Assembly (NCBI GenBank): GCA_963662285.2
Contig: CAXXMV010000006.1
Coordinates: 1,833,100-1,897,099, forward strand
Reading direction: 5' to 3'
Length of the DNA stretch: 64,000 nt
Origin: a bacterium
GTDB lineage: Bacteria > Hinthialibacterota > Hinthialibacteria > Hinthialibacterales > Hinthialibacteraceae
The first letter of the stretch is position 1. Every line of letters starts with the position of its first letter. This document shows, in pieces, positions 1 to 10,722 of the stretch. The translations under genes were made by a program, and so were the position numbers. Under the pieces are notes generated by a model. It ran no database searches. It was not told the DNA's origin and worked only from the letters and a program-made list of their open reading frames with translations.

Positions 1-385
1 GGGCGTCGTCCGGGAATAACGCAACGAAAAGATCGGGATTGATGATTAATTTCCCTGGAGCATCCGGTGAAGGTTCAAAAAAGATAACATCGTCATCATC
101 GCTATAAGGAGTCTTTATATCAGGAACCAGGGTAGGGAACCATCCCATGGCTTCTTCTCCAGACAGCGTTGTCTGAATATCGACGTATTGCATGTGAGCT
201 TCCAGTTTGGCTTCTTCAACAGGAATAGTGTCATAACTCATTACCCGCGCAAAGATGTCAGTTCCATCGATGGGGTATTCCCCCTCTTCTGTATCTGGCG
301 TAAGAGTAACCAGGAAATTGAAGGCTTTTTCCCAAGCTGGACCGAATTTGTATAATTTCCAATTACTTATCTGATCAAATATCAT
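1..385 (-). CDS. YhcH/YjgK/YiaL (DUF386) family protein, runs off the window start
   Basis: Not in the ORF track. Manual translation from ATG 385 (GGAG upstream) gives MIFDQISNWKLY...LEAHMQYVDIQ...GEEAMGW...FVALFPDDA, with the family motifs EAH.QYxDIQ and FPxD(A)H. Confidence 0.85.
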   Translation of the reverse strand, partial: MIFDQISNWKLYKFGPAWEKAFNFLVTLTPDTEEGEYPIDGTDIFARVMSYDTIPVEEAKLEAHMQYVDIQTTLSGEEAMGWFPTLVPDIKTPYSDDDDVIFFEPSPDAPGKLIINPDLFVALFPDDA

Positions 386-514
386 TTGCTTACTCCATAT
401 CTATAAGTATAGTTACGTTAATAATACGTGTTCTACAACTTTCTTTTCTAATTATAAATTTTATAAACTATACACCAAAACCAAAGCAAATCACACGTCA
501 AATAACCTGTCAAA

Positions 515-1862
515 TCATCTAGGGAAGATCTTTGCGTATTCCGAGCCATCCCATTTTATCTTCCAAACGGCGCCTTCTCCATAGAATAGGAGGTATTGAT
601 CATCCAAAGTAGATATTACTATGCTATCCACTTTGAATGGAATATTTACGGTTTTGATCTTCTCACAGAATCGATCCTTGTCGCCGTTTTCTATTATTGA
701 TGGCTTATAAATATCAAATGACGGATAATCTAAATTGTACCGTTTGTTCTTAAAATCGTATTCTGGTGAGAATGAGATAATCACTTGATTATTGTTCATT
801 GACAGAAGCGTTGACCATCTATTTTCCTTCTTTGGAATTGATCCACAGAATTTGAAGATATCATTGAATTCTCCATCTTTGATGCGACTGGTATTGATTT
901 TAATAACCGGACAACGATCCCATTTACCAACCTGTGAGTAGATATAAGGTGATCGGCCATTGCTATTGTCGCATGATGAAAAATTATTAATGTATTCTTT
1001 CCACGTTACAAGTTCTGGGAGAAAACCACGCAGGTTATCAAAAGAGAATGCGGTCGTTTGAGGATTACCAGGAGAAAAGAAATAGAATTCTTTTTCAAAT
1101 GGATTGGAACTTAAATAACATCCATTATCAAGATTTATAAGAGATTGCAGCCTATCACTGCTTTTCCACTCATTCAATAAAAGAAGTTGGCCTTGCTTTA
1201 ATGAATATTCCCTAAGTAAATCATACTTAAAACCTTGTGAAATTTCCTGGGCGACAATTTTGTTCTCACCTGCTACAGGAAAAAAGTAATTGGGAAAATC
1301 ATACTTCTTTTCAAGATTTCCGGAGATGCCGACATAGTAGAACTCATTTTCACTCTTCTGATAATATTTATTATTACGCAATTTTTTGGGTAATAACGGT
1401 ATCGACATGTAAATGGGATAATTTGAAGTTTGATGCACGAATTGAATAACAGGTTCACCATTTAAAGCAAAAAATCTTTGGGGGCTCCAAGATTCACTCT
1501 CTATTGTTTCCCCATCTACAATATATTCTTTGTTATTCCACTCACCGTTTAAGACGCTTACCGCTCTCGAACTATCGATCAAGAAACTACGGTATCTCAT
1601 GATCAGAGAGCCATCGTAATCTCTTGATGGCCAACAATAGTCGTTATAATAAAAACAGCAAAAGATATAGGGAGTACCTCTGATAGGTTTAATAGAAGTG
1701 CAGGTGAATCGTTCTTGATCTTCCTGCGTCCAACCGAAATCGTTTTTTTCTTCCGTGTTAAAATCTAATATAAACAGGATTATTAAAATAGTTATAATAT
1801 ATCCCGCCGATCAGCGAAGAAACGATAAGACCCCAAAGAAGCCAACGGTATTTTTTTTGCAT
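515..1862 (-). CDS. Hypothetical membrane-anchored protein, paralog A, with an apparent +1 frameshift near 1766
   Basis: ORF 515..1600 extends upstream in frame as DFGWTQEDQERF...IRGTPYIFC. Across one extra base it reaches MQKKYRWLLW at ATG 1862, matching the N-terminus of 2019..3356. Confidence 0.75.
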
Positions 1863-1895
1863 TTAGCATCTCCATAACTGGGACTATTCAGGGAA

Positions 1896-1958
1896 GTAGG
1901 ATGGGACAAAGCAATTGAAATTCTCTTCTTTTCAACTACCCTGGCAGCGTGTCCCATC
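1896..1958 (+). repeat. GTAG-type REP-like palindrome
   Basis: GTAG followed by arm GATGGGACA, with its complement TGTCCCATC after a long loop. Lies between the two paralogs. Confidence 0.5.
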
Positions 1959-2018
1959 AAAACCACTCATGTTCCAACAGTGATTCTAAATTGGTCTATT
2001 AAGCAATATAAACGTCTA

Positions 2019-3356
2019 TCATTTCGGAAAAACTTTGGCGTATTCCGAGCCATCCCATTTCATTTTCCAAATGGCGCCTTTGCCGTAGAATAAGATGTAT
2101 TGATCATCCAATGTGGAAATCTCACGGCTATCCACTTTAAATGGAATATCGACGGTCTTAATCTTCTCGCAGAATCGATTATTATCGCCGTTTTCTATTA
2201 TTGAGGGCTTATAAATATCAAATGACGGGGAAATAAATTGCTTGTTATTGATATCAAATTCAGGGCAGAATGATATAATAAATTGATCATTGTTCAACGC
2301 CAAAATCGTTGACCATTTATCTTTCTCTTTAGGAATTGATCCACAGAATTTGAAGATATCATTAAACCCGCCATCTTTAATGCGACTGGAATTGATTTTA
2401 ACAACCGGACAACGATCCCATCCTCCTTCCTGTAAATAAAAACAAGAAGAACAATCACCATGTTGGTCGCATGAAGAAACATGCAAATATTTTCCCATTT
2501 GAAGATCAGGAAGAATATCGTAAAGATTATTTAAGTCGAATGAGATAGTTTTAGGAGACGAACCAGTTGTAAAGCAATATAATTTCTTCTGTTCTTGATC
2601 TTCAAAACTGAAATAGCATCCATCATCAAGAGTTATAAGGTTATAGAGATATTTACCGGTTTTCCATTCATTCAATAAGTTAAGTTTATCTTCACCATAA
2701 CTGTATTCCTTCATTCCATCTTCAAAAATCCTATTGTGCATATTTGGAACGACGATTTTATTCTCGCCTGCAATGGGGAAAAAGTGTTCGGGAATTTCTT
2801 TCTTCGATTCTATGTTTCCTGCAATATCGACTAACATATATTCATGTTCAGATTTTTTACATAGATTACGAAAATCATGGGGCAATAAAGGTAATGACGC
2901 ATAAATTGGTAATTTGGTTGTTGAATGAAGAAATTGTAATATTGGTTCACGGTTAATGGAAAAAGATTTTTTATGAAACCACGTTTCACCATCCATCACT
3001 AAACCCGATTCTACATAATATTTAGAAGTCCATTCTCCGTTTAAAACGCTTAACGACCTTGAATTATCGATTAGAAATCCACGATATAATAAGGTTGTAT
3101 AGCCATAGTTCCACCTACCTGAAGACTGTGGATAGCCGTTATCGTGAAACCGGCAGAATATATAAGGCGTTCCTCTGATCGGTATGATTGATTCACAATA
3201 GAACCGATCTTCATCTTTCTGCGACCAACCAAAATCGCTTTGCTCTTGCGCGTTGAATTCAATATAAATCGGGAAATAGATAAAGAAATAATAAAAACCG
3301 CCAATCAGCAAAGCGACGAGAAGAATCCTAAGTAACCATCGATATTTTTTCTGCAT
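2019..3356 (-). CDS. Hypothetical membrane-anchored protein, paralog B
   Basis: 445-aa ORF with an N-terminal hydrophobic helix. Strongly similar to 515..1862 (WDRCPV.KIN..RIKDG.FNDIFKFCGSIPK; KWDGSEYAK.FP). Confidence 0.8.
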   Translation of the reverse strand: MQKKYRWLLRILLVALLIGGFYYFFIYFPIYIEFNAQEQSDFGWSQKDEDRFYCESIIPIRGTPYIFCRFHDNGYPQSSGRWNYGYTTLLYRGFLIDNSRSLSVLNGEWTSKYYVESGLVMDGETWFHKKSFSINREPILQFLHSTTKLPIYASLPLLPHDFRNLCKKSEHEYMLVDIAGNIESKKEIPEHFFPIAGENKIVVPNMHNRIFEDGMKEYSYGEDKLNLLNEWKTGKYLYNLITLDDGCYFSFEDQEQKKLYCFTTGSSPKTISFDLNNLYDILPDLQMGKYLHVSSCDQHGDCSSCFYLQEGGWDRCPVVKINSSRIKDGGFNDIFKFCGSIPKEKDKWSTILALNNDQFIISFCPEFDINNKQFISPSFDIYKPSIIENGDNNRFCEKIKTVDIPFKVDSREISTLDDQYILFYGKGAIWKMKWDGSEYAKVFPK

Positions 3357-3466
3357 GAATAATCTCCATCAAAAAGTTGAATTCAACCTCAATAAATTAA
3401 CGAGTAACATAGTGGTTTATTACGGTTTAGAGACTAGAAAGTGGAACTAAAGCAGATAGCAGGTTA

Positions 3467-4471
3467 TTAAGACGCCATGCGGGATACTTCAATAGCAGGG
3501 ATATTGGATATTTTCAGGGCTGGTTCGCGCCAGGATTGGTCATCGCGTATATTGGCGTCAACCAAATGTCCTTGTCGCGTACCGCGACGGGCGAATTCAT
3601 CTTCGATTGACTGATAGACGGCTTTACGATCCAGACACCAATCAGGCGCCACTAATACATTAGGCGGAGCGTCGGCGGTGAGACGTTGTACGCTGACATC
3701 ATCGGGGATGCGTTCCAGAAAATCGCAGACGATCCTGGCGTATTCTTCCATACCGAACATCTTGAATTTCCCCTCAAGATAATCCTTCTCCATTTGGGTA
3801 TTCTTCATAACATGAAGCAGGTGAACCTTAATGCTGTGGAAGGGAAGTATCGCAATACGCTCAGCGGTCAGCATCATGTCTTCCCACGATTCACCGGGCA
3901 ATCCGAGAATAACGTGGATGCAAATCTTTAGGTCACGCTGCGAGGCCTGATGCATTCCCCAGATGAAGCGTTCATAGGTGTCGCAACGGTTGATGCTCTC
4001 TAAAGTCCGGTTATGACTGGATTGCAGGCCATACTCCACCCAAACCTCGAAACGTTCCGAGTATGATTCTAGTAAGTCAAGTGTTTTCAATGACACGCAG
4101 TCAGGACGGGTGCCGACGGCGAAGGAGACAATATCTTCATAAGGAAGGATATGGTCATAGATTTCTTTCAATTGTGGAATGGGAGCGAAGGTGTTGGTAT
4201 AGGCCTGAAAATAGGCCAGAAATTTCTTGGCTTTGAACCTGCCGCGCTGAAATTCCATACCATTTTCAATTTGTTCAGTAATGGGCAGAACTGGAACGCG
4301 GGAATTATAACTGAAACCTTCGTTATTACAGTAGGAGCAGCCGCCTTCTCCCTTGGTTCCGTCTATATTGGGACATGTAAAACCGGCGTCGATGGCCAAT
4401 TTATGCACGCGGCAGCCAAAGCGCTCTTTAAGATAACTTCCAAATGTAAAATAAGGCTTTTCAATCAACAT
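3467..4471 (-). CDS. TIGR01212 family radical SAM protein (YhcC/YtqA-like)
   Basis: KLAIDAGFTCPNIDGT..GGCSYC, YFQAYTNT, GTRPDC, EYGLQS. Likely start is ATG 4471, just after the upstream stop codon. Confidence 0.9.
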   Translation of the reverse strand: MLIEKPYFTFGSYLKERFGCRVHKLAIDAGFTCPNIDGTKGEGGCSYCNNEGFSYNSRVPVLPITEQIENGMEFQRGRFKAKKFLAYFQAYTNTFAPIPQLKEIYDHILPYEDIVSFAVGTRPDCVSLKTLDLLESYSERFEVWVEYGLQSSHNRTLESINRCDTYERFIWGMHQASQRDLKICIHVILGLPGESWEDMMLTAERIAILPFHSIKVHLLHVMKNTQMEKDYLEGKFKMFGMEEYARIVCDFLERIPDDVSVQRLTADAPPNVLVAPDWCLDRKAVYQSIEDEFARRGTRQGHLVDANIRDDQSWREPALKISNIPAIEVSRMAS

Positions 4472-4472
4472 G

Positions 4473-6065
4473 CTATTTCCGCTCGAAGAAGGATATGAAT
4501 CCAAATCGAGTCTCTTCAGTGCGATATTCGTATAACTGGTGAAAGCGTTGATCCTGCCACATATCCATCTGGGCCGGATAGGTGAGCATATCAACCAACT
4601 TATCTTCAGGATAAGGTTGGGAGGTAAAAAACAGAAGGGGAAAGAGTTGTATCAATCGGGGCTTACGTTCTAAAACATAGTCCGAATTACTCTTATCATG
4701 TCCGGGAAGACACAGGTTTTCGTATTTTAACGGGGTGTGAGCGATGGTGCTGTCGTTTAATCCCAGCATATCAATACAGCGCAATTCGCAATGATATGGA
4801 ATAGCCCCGGCGTTAATAACCGCAATCAGAGTTTCCGGAGGATATTTTTCTTTCAGCCATATACCCACGTTAGCCCAACTGCGGGTCCATTTTACCGTTG
4901 AAAGATGATATTTAGCTCCTTGAGCGAAGCGGCACGGCGTATCAACTTTAAACTCGGTAAGCTGCATTCCATGAGCGGGGATTAAGATTAATACAATAAC
5001 CGCTATAACAGAGTTAATTACAAATTTACAAAAATAAGAAGGATTCACAAACTTTGTCATGATCAACTGATCAATGCATAATTGCAAACCGCGAATACTC
5101 AGGATTGAGAAGAAAGCGATAGCGGGAATCAGGAACCGGTGCAGCGTAAAATGGTCTCCGCCTTCCATGGTGACTAACGCAGTATGCAATAAGACAAACA
5201 TTAATGCGACTAAACTGGAGGGGCGGTATGCTTTACGCTCCAGCAATAATCCGAAAACAGCGAATAAAAATAGTGGACGGGGACGGAAAAAGTAGTAGGT
5301 ATATTCCAATCCACGCCATGCCAGATGCAGGCCTCCAAAATTATGCTTAGCGTAAAATGTGTTAGGAAGCGGTTGTCCAAAATAAAACAGCCGGAATCCA
5401 ATAAAAAGAGAGTAGGGAACTATCACAGTTGCGATGAATAAGAGGATAAGCGATTTAGAGAGACGTTTCTGCAAGAACCAGTAAGACAGACACAGGAACC
5501 AGAAAGCCGGTCCCTCTGGCCGGATCAATGAAACAAACAACATAAGAAGACAGACTGCGATATCCGGCCAGCGCCTGATCAGCGCATAGCATAGTAAAAG
5601 TAGGACGAATGAATAAGCGGTAGTCTCCATCCCCGAAAGAGAGTAGGCCGCTAATGATACATCGCTGGCTACTGCCAATCCTGCGGCAAGCGGCCAAAAG
5701 AGGGCATTAAAAATAATCCCGGATTTTTGATCATAAAATATGTTTCGATAGGAGAAAATGGATAAAACAATCAGAGCAAATGCTGATAGCAGGCTGGTTG
5801 CTTGAGAAACAATGGCTAACGGCAAACGGCATAACGCGCATAGAGTCAACCAGAAAGTCCAAAGCGGGCTGGTGTAGCCTTCAATTTTCTCTCCACCGGG
5901 ATAGAACACAATGCCATGCCCCTGAGCAATGTTACGCGCATAGGTCATAGGGATATATCCATCGTCAACCAGTCCGAAATCCCAAACTGAAAACCAGCAA
6001 GAGAAAAGAACTACCGTTATCAGTGCGATTATGATTAAAATAAAAGTTTGGCGTTTGGATGACAT
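4473..6065 (-). CDS. GT-C fold membrane glycosyltransferase (AftB-like)
   Basis: DDGYI..TYARNIAQGHGIVFYPG.EKIEGYTSPLW, SGMET, RPEG, LPNTFYAK, DMLGLND and many TM helices. Confidence 0.7.
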   Translation of the reverse strand: MSSKRQTFILIIIALITVVLFSCWFSVWDFGLVDDGYIPMTYARNIAQGHGIVFYPGGEKIEGYTSPLWTFWLTLCALCRLPLAIVSQATSLLSAFALIVLSIFSYRNIFYDQKSGIIFNALFWPLAAGLAVASDVSLAAYSLSGMETTAYSFVLLLLCYALIRRWPDIAVCLLMLFVSLIRPEGPAFWFLCLSYWFLQKRLSKSLILLFIATVIVPYSLFIGFRLFYFGQPLPNTFYAKHNFGGLHLAWRGLEYTYYFFRPRPLFLFAVFGLLLERKAYRPSSLVALMFVLLHTALVTMEGGDHFTLHRFLIPAIAFFSILSIRGLQLCIDQLIMTKFVNPSYFCKFVINSVIAVIVLILIPAHGMQLTEFKVDTPCRFAQGAKYHLSTVKWTRSWANVGIWLKEKYPPETLIAVINAGAIPYHCELRCIDMLGLNDSTIAHTPLKYENLCLPGHDKSNSDYVLERKPRLIQLFPLLFFTSQPYPEDKLVDMLTYPAQMDMWQDQRFHQLYEYRTEETRFGFISFFERK

Positions 6066-6274
6066 AAACAATATTATTTCTTGGATTTTATTGAGTTCAA
6101 TCGTTGTAGAGTAATTATCTTACAACAAATTCATCATACCACTGAAAAGTTATATGTCGGAGGTTTGAAAAACCACTTCTATAGTAATCCATGCTTAGAC
6201 GAATGCGTCAGTTAAGGCTAGAATAGTTTTATGAATTTAGTCTTCAAAGATATTAGATTGTGAGGTTCACCATT

Positions 6275-7936
6275 ATGAGAAGTGATATAATGAAGACCGG
6301 AGTGGAAAAAGGTCCACACCGGAGTCTATGGTATGCAACTGGTTTATCAAAAACTGATTTAGATAAACCAATCATCGGCATCGCCAATTCTTTCAATGAA
6401 ATTGTTCCCGGTCATGTTGAGTTGAACAAAATAGCCAATGCAGTTAAACGAGGCATTTTGATGTCCGGTGGAACTCCGGTTGAATTCAACACAATCGCCG
6501 TAGACGATGGCATTGCCATGAATCATAAGGGAATGCGCTATTCGCTGGTCAGCCGTGAAAATATCGCTGATAGCGTCGAAATTATGGCTACAGCGCATCC
6601 GTTTGACGCTCTCGTTCTGGTATCCAATTGCGACAAGATAACACCGGGAATGCTGATGGCGGCCGCCCGGCTTAATATTCCAGCTATCCTTATTACAGGC
6701 GGTCCCATGCTGGCGGGATATGACCGTGGCGAGAAGGTCGGTCTGGATAAAATGTTCGACCGCATCGCTCCAACCAAAAATGGCGAAATTTCTGAGCCGG
6801 TGTTTGAAGAATCCTGCGCCGCCGCTTGTCCCGGAACCGGTTCATGCTCCGGCATGTTCACCGCCAACTCCATGAACTGCGTGGCCGAAGCATTAGGTAT
6901 GGCGTTGCCCGGCAACGGAACTATTCCCGCCGTTTTCGCCGATAGAATCCGTCTGGCGCAAGAAGCGGGCGTCAAGATTATGGACTTGATTAAGAACGAT
7001 CTCAAACCGCGCGATATCATGACCCGTGAAGCATTTCATAATGCCATTGCGCTTGATATGGCTTTCGGCGGCTCTACCAACACATCGCTCCATATTCCCG
7101 CCATTGCTCATGAAGCGGGCGTTAAACTGACCTTGAAGGATTTCAACGAGGTCAGCGACCGGACTCCGCATATCTGTAATATGGCGCCTGCCGGTCCATT
7201 CCACATGGAAGACCTGGATCAGGCGGGAGGCGTCTCTTCTATTCTTAACACCATAGCCCAGAAAAACCTGCTCAACCTGGATACCAAGACTGTCACTGGT
7301 AAAACTCTGGGCGAAAACATTAAAGATTCTCCCATAGGAAACAGCGACGTCATCCGACCGCTGGATAATCCATATCACGAAACCGGTGGATTGTGCTGCC
7401 TCTTCGGCAACCTGGCGCCAGACGGCAGTGTAGTCAAAGCCGCCGCCGTAGCCCCTGAAATGATGAAACACAGCGGCCCCGCCCGGATATATAAATCAGA
7501 ATCCGAAGCGGTTAAAGCCATACTGAGCAAGGAAATCAAAGAAGGCGACGTGGTCGTCATCAGTTACGAAGGCCCCAAGGGCGGTCCGGGAATGCCGGAA
7601 ATGCTGACGCCCACCTCAGTTGTAAAAGGTATGGGAATGGCCTCTAAAGTTGCGCTGATAACAGACGGACGATTTTCAGGCGCTACCTCAGGCGCATCAA
7701 TCGGCCATATATCACCTGAAGCGATGGAAGGCGGCCCGATTGGACTACTCGAAGAAGGCGACATCATTGAAATCGATATCCCTAACCGTAGTTTGAGCGT
7801 TAAACTTTCTGATGAAGAATTACAGAAACGCCGTGATGCTTGGGTTAAACCTGAACCGAAAATCAAAGGTGGAGTCATTGCGCGTTACGCAAAAATGGTC
7901 TCTTCCGCCGCAAGCGGAGCTGTATTCTTTGATTAA
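6275..7936 (+). CDS. ilvD: Dihydroxy-acid dehydratase
   Basis: PGHVEL, VDDGIAMNH, NCDKITPG, GGSTN, EGPKGGPGMPEM, ALITDGRFSG, GHISPEA. Confidence 0.97.
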   Translation: MRSDIMKTGVEKGPHRSLWYATGLSKTDLDKPIIGIANSFNEIVPGHVELNKIANAVKRGILMSGGTPVEFNTIAVDDGIAMNHKGMRYSLVSRENIADSVEIMATAHPFDALVLVSNCDKITPGMLMAAARLNIPAILITGGPMLAGYDRGEKVGLDKMFDRIAPTKNGEISEPVFEESCAAACPGTGSCSGMFTANSMNCVAEALGMALPGNGTIPAVFADRIRLAQEAGVKIMDLIKNDLKPRDIMTREAFHNAIALDMAFGGSTNTSLHIPAIAHEAGVKLTLKDFNEVSDRTPHICNMAPAGPFHMEDLDQAGGVSSILNTIAQKNLLNLDTKTVTGKTLGENIKDSPIGNSDVIRPLDNPYHETGGLCCLFGNLAPDGSVVKAAAVAPEMMKHSGPARIYKSESEAVKAILSKEIKEGDVVVISYEGPKGGPGMPEMLTPTSVVKGMGMASKVALITDGRFSGATSGASIGHISPEAMEGGPIGLLEEGDIIEIDIPNRSLSVKLSDEELQKRRDAWVKPEPKIKGGVIARYAKMVSSAASGAVFFD

Positions 7937-7946
7937 GCCATAACTC

Positions 7947-7980
7947 ATCCGGTAGCAGGCATACAATCCTGCTGCCGGAT
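7947..7980 (+). terminator. Hairpin after ilvD
   Basis: ATCCGGTAGCAGG-N8-CCTGCTGCCGGAT stem with one G-U pair; weak U-tract. Confidence 0.55.
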
Positions 7981-7982
7981 TA

Positions 7983-8355
7983 TAATTCTTCTCCAAGTTG
8001 GGTGAGAGGGAATTCTTATAAGTGGGTGATTCTTTGGTGGGTCGATGAGGCGTGACCCACCCTACGCGTGGGTGGCGTCAAATTCCTCTCCCAAGATTGG
8101 GAGAGGTAAGGAGAGGGTTGATAATATCCCCTTTTGCGTCAGAAAGATCATAAATTGACGATAAACTTGTAGATAACAACCCCCTCTTTAATTCTCCCCC
8201 AGGCTTGGGGGAGAGGGGTTTTGTGAAATAACAAGGTTTATCTTTGGTGGATCGATGAGGCGTGACCCACCCTACGCGTGGGCGCCATCACATTCCTCTC
8301 CCAAGATTGGGAGAGGTTAGGAGAGGGTTGATATCGGTCATCTTCTAAGATAAAT
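7983..8355. repeat. Two tandem copies of a composite REP/REPIN-like element (BIME-like)
   Basis: Period about 210 bp. Each copy has a CTCC..GAGAGGG hairpin, then GGTGG(G/A)TCGATGAGGCGTGACCCACCCTAC, then ATTCCTCTCCCAAGATTGGGAGAGGT(A/T)AGGAGAGGGTTGATA. Confidence 0.85.
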
Positions 8356-8430
8356 AACTCTATATAGCAACCTTGGTTTCCATGATTAAGAAAACACATA
8401 TTACGTTACCTTAAGAATCGCTCTGAATTT

Positions 8431-9549
8431 ATGAAAACGATTTCGCGCTGGATTATCATTGATATGCTTAAAGCCGTTGCTGAAGGGGCGGTATTGTTTT
8501 CATTTATCTTTCTTTTAAAGCGGTTGTACGATCTTACCGACCTTTTCGCCGCAGGCTCAGCAACTCTTATTACGACATGCCAGTTGCTTTTTTCCATCCT
8601 GCCGACCATCATGCTGCTTACCTTTCCCATGGCATCGCTTCTAGCCGCGATGATGGTATATGGGCGTATCGCCCAGGATAATGAATTAACCGCATTACAG
8701 GCGGCGGGGTATTCAACACGCCAATTATTGGTTCCAGCCTTGATAATCGGTTTGCTTATGACAGGTCTATTACTTTGGTGGGCGAATCGAATCGCACCCA
8801 AAGGGCTGAGGCTTTTTGGCGACATCGCATCAAATATCATACAGGATTCAAGCACTGTGGGATTAATGCCCGGCGCGTTCAATGCCTTGGGAAATTTCAC
8901 TCTGGCGCCCAGTTCTATCGATGAATCCGGTACAATGCGTAATATACGTTTATTTGAACAAAAAGAGGGAAGGATTTCGAGTATAATTTCCGCTCCTTCT
9001 GGAACTATACTATATGCTCCCAGAGAAAATTCCATAATCTTAAATTTGGAAAAAGGGAATTTGCATAAAACATCTTCAGATAATAAAAATATGGGAATTA
9101 GATTCAATGAGTTTCATTTCTCTGTCGGGATACCAAAACTACTAAGCGAACTGGCTCAACCGGAACGCAGGGAAAACCAATTACGAAACGCCGATTTAGT
9201 ATTTACATTAAACACTTATCCGCAAAAGCCGGATGCCGAACGGACTCGTGATTTGGATCGTTGGTACCATAGATGTCAAATCGAATTAAACCGACGGTAT
9301 GCATTGCCATGCGCATGTTTGATCATGGCGCTGTTGGGCGCCTTATTGGGAATCCAATCCAATAGAGGTAAGCGGTCTTCATGTTACGCCATGACAGTCT
9401 TTATTATTTTTGTGTATTACATCCTGTTGAGCTTCGGTAAGACAGCAGCGTTATCAGGTTCATTACCAGCGTGGTTATGCCTTTGGATTCCTAATATGGT
9501 CGCAATGATTTTTGGATCATATATTTATTATCGATCCAATCGCGTCTAG
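8431..9549 (+). CDS. lptF: LPS export ABC transporter permease, LptF/LptG family (LptF position)
   Basis: LP....TFP....L.AMMVYGRIAQDNELTALQAAG, ELNRRYALP, WIPN, with the expected TM layout. Confidence 0.85.
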   Translation: MKTISRWIIIDMLKAVAEGAVLFSFIFLLKRLYDLTDLFAAGSATLITTCQLLFSILPTIMLLTFPMASLLAAMMVYGRIAQDNELTALQAAGYSTRQLLVPALIIGLLMTGLLLWWANRIAPKGLRLFGDIASNIIQDSSTVGLMPGAFNALGNFTLAPSSIDESGTMRNIRLFEQKEGRISSIISAPSGTILYAPRENSIILNLEKGNLHKTSSDNKNMGIRFNEFHFSVGIPKLLSELAQPERRENQLRNADLVFTLNTYPQKPDAERTRDLDRWYHRCQIELNRRYALPCACLIMALLGALLGIQSNRGKRSSCYAMTVFIIFVYYILLSFGKTAALSGSLPAWLCLWIPNMVAMIFGSYIYYRSNRV

Positions 9550-9608
9550 AAGGCTATAAACAATATGCGTTCAAAATCATTAATCAAACTTATAATATCT
9601 ATTAACCA

Positions 9609-10719
9609 ATGAATCCAATATCATATAAAACCTATACCGCAGATTTTTATCTTCTTAAGACATTCTTGAATGCTTTTGCATTTGTATTTTCATTATTTTT
9701 CGCTATTGCATTTGTATTAATTCTATTCGAAGAGTTGGATGTACTTTTAAAATTCAATGCCTCGTTCGGCGTTGGATTAACCTATGTATTTCTGCGCATT
9801 CCTCATGAACTGGTTAAAGCGACGCCTATGGTGGTGGTGCTCGCCATGGTCAGCGCCATGGGAAACCTGCTTCGTCATAATGAGATGTTGATGTTATATA
9901 TCGCCGGATATACACCGGTGCGTCTTGCTGCCCCATTAGCGCTTTTTATGGTTTTGTTGTTATCAATCATATTTATTTTTAACGAAAAAATAAGCGGTCC
10001 ATTTGCAGCGCAAGCAGAGACGTTGATGGCTATTCGCATTAAGGGAGTCACTCAAGGCGTCTCACGTTCTGGTGGAATCTGGATGCATGGGCAAGAGAAT
10101 AGAATCTTTCATGCCCAGACCTTTTACCCTAAGATTAACCCGATTGGATGATTTAACTATTATAGTTCAGGATAAAAACCAACTGCTAACCAAACGAATT
10201 GACGCTGAAAGCGCTCTTTGGGATAAAGATCAGGAGAAATGGTCTTTGAAGAATGCGATGGTCTATACATTTCCAAGTGATGATAGTCCTATGCATTCTG
10301 AAAAACATGAACTACTGCTTTATTCATTGGGCCGGACTCCAAAAGATTTCAGCTCCGCCACTCAGAATATCGAACAAATGTCTCATGGAGATTTAAGCAA
10401 TATGGTAAATTCCGTCCGGCAGGCGGGAGAGAATCCCCGAAAGTATCTGCCTGACCTTCGCATCAAAGAAGCTTTCCCATTTGCCGTATTTTTTCTAGGG
10501 CTTCTGGCTTATGCCATGATGCTCTATATGGGATCATCAGGAAAAGCATCGGGTATTGGATTGGGATTGCTTGCAGTGATACTTTATTTCATGTCGCTAT
10601 CTTTAGGTAAGAGTTTTGCAGCGGAAATGATCCCACCATGGTTGGGCGCCTGGGCGCCCAACATAATATGTTTCATGTTAACCGTATATTTCTTTAATAA
10701 ATTACGCACTGAGATATAG
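9609..10719 (+). CDS. lptG: LPS export permease LptG, split by an apparent frameshift near 10130
   Basis: ORF 9609..10151 (N-terminal TMs, L.RHNEM...AG) and ORF 10072..10719 (AESALWD, AFPF, PPWLGAWAPN) together make one LptG. Directly follows lptF. Confidence 0.8.
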
Positions 10720-10722
10720 GAA

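Noticed and set aside
515-3356. Diversity-generating retroelement (TR/VR pair)
   Set aside because: No reverse transcriptase is present. The similarity spans whole genes, and the mismatches are not adenine-specific.
6359-7878. Antisense and nested short ORFs within ilvD (and likewise within other long genes)
   Set aside because: They overlap well-supported genes, have no recognisable motifs, and are expected shadow ORFs.
9609-10719. lptG pseudogene or programmed frameshift
   Set aside because: LptG is normally essential, both halves are intact, and no slippery motif is evident. Similar indels elsewhere point to sequence error.
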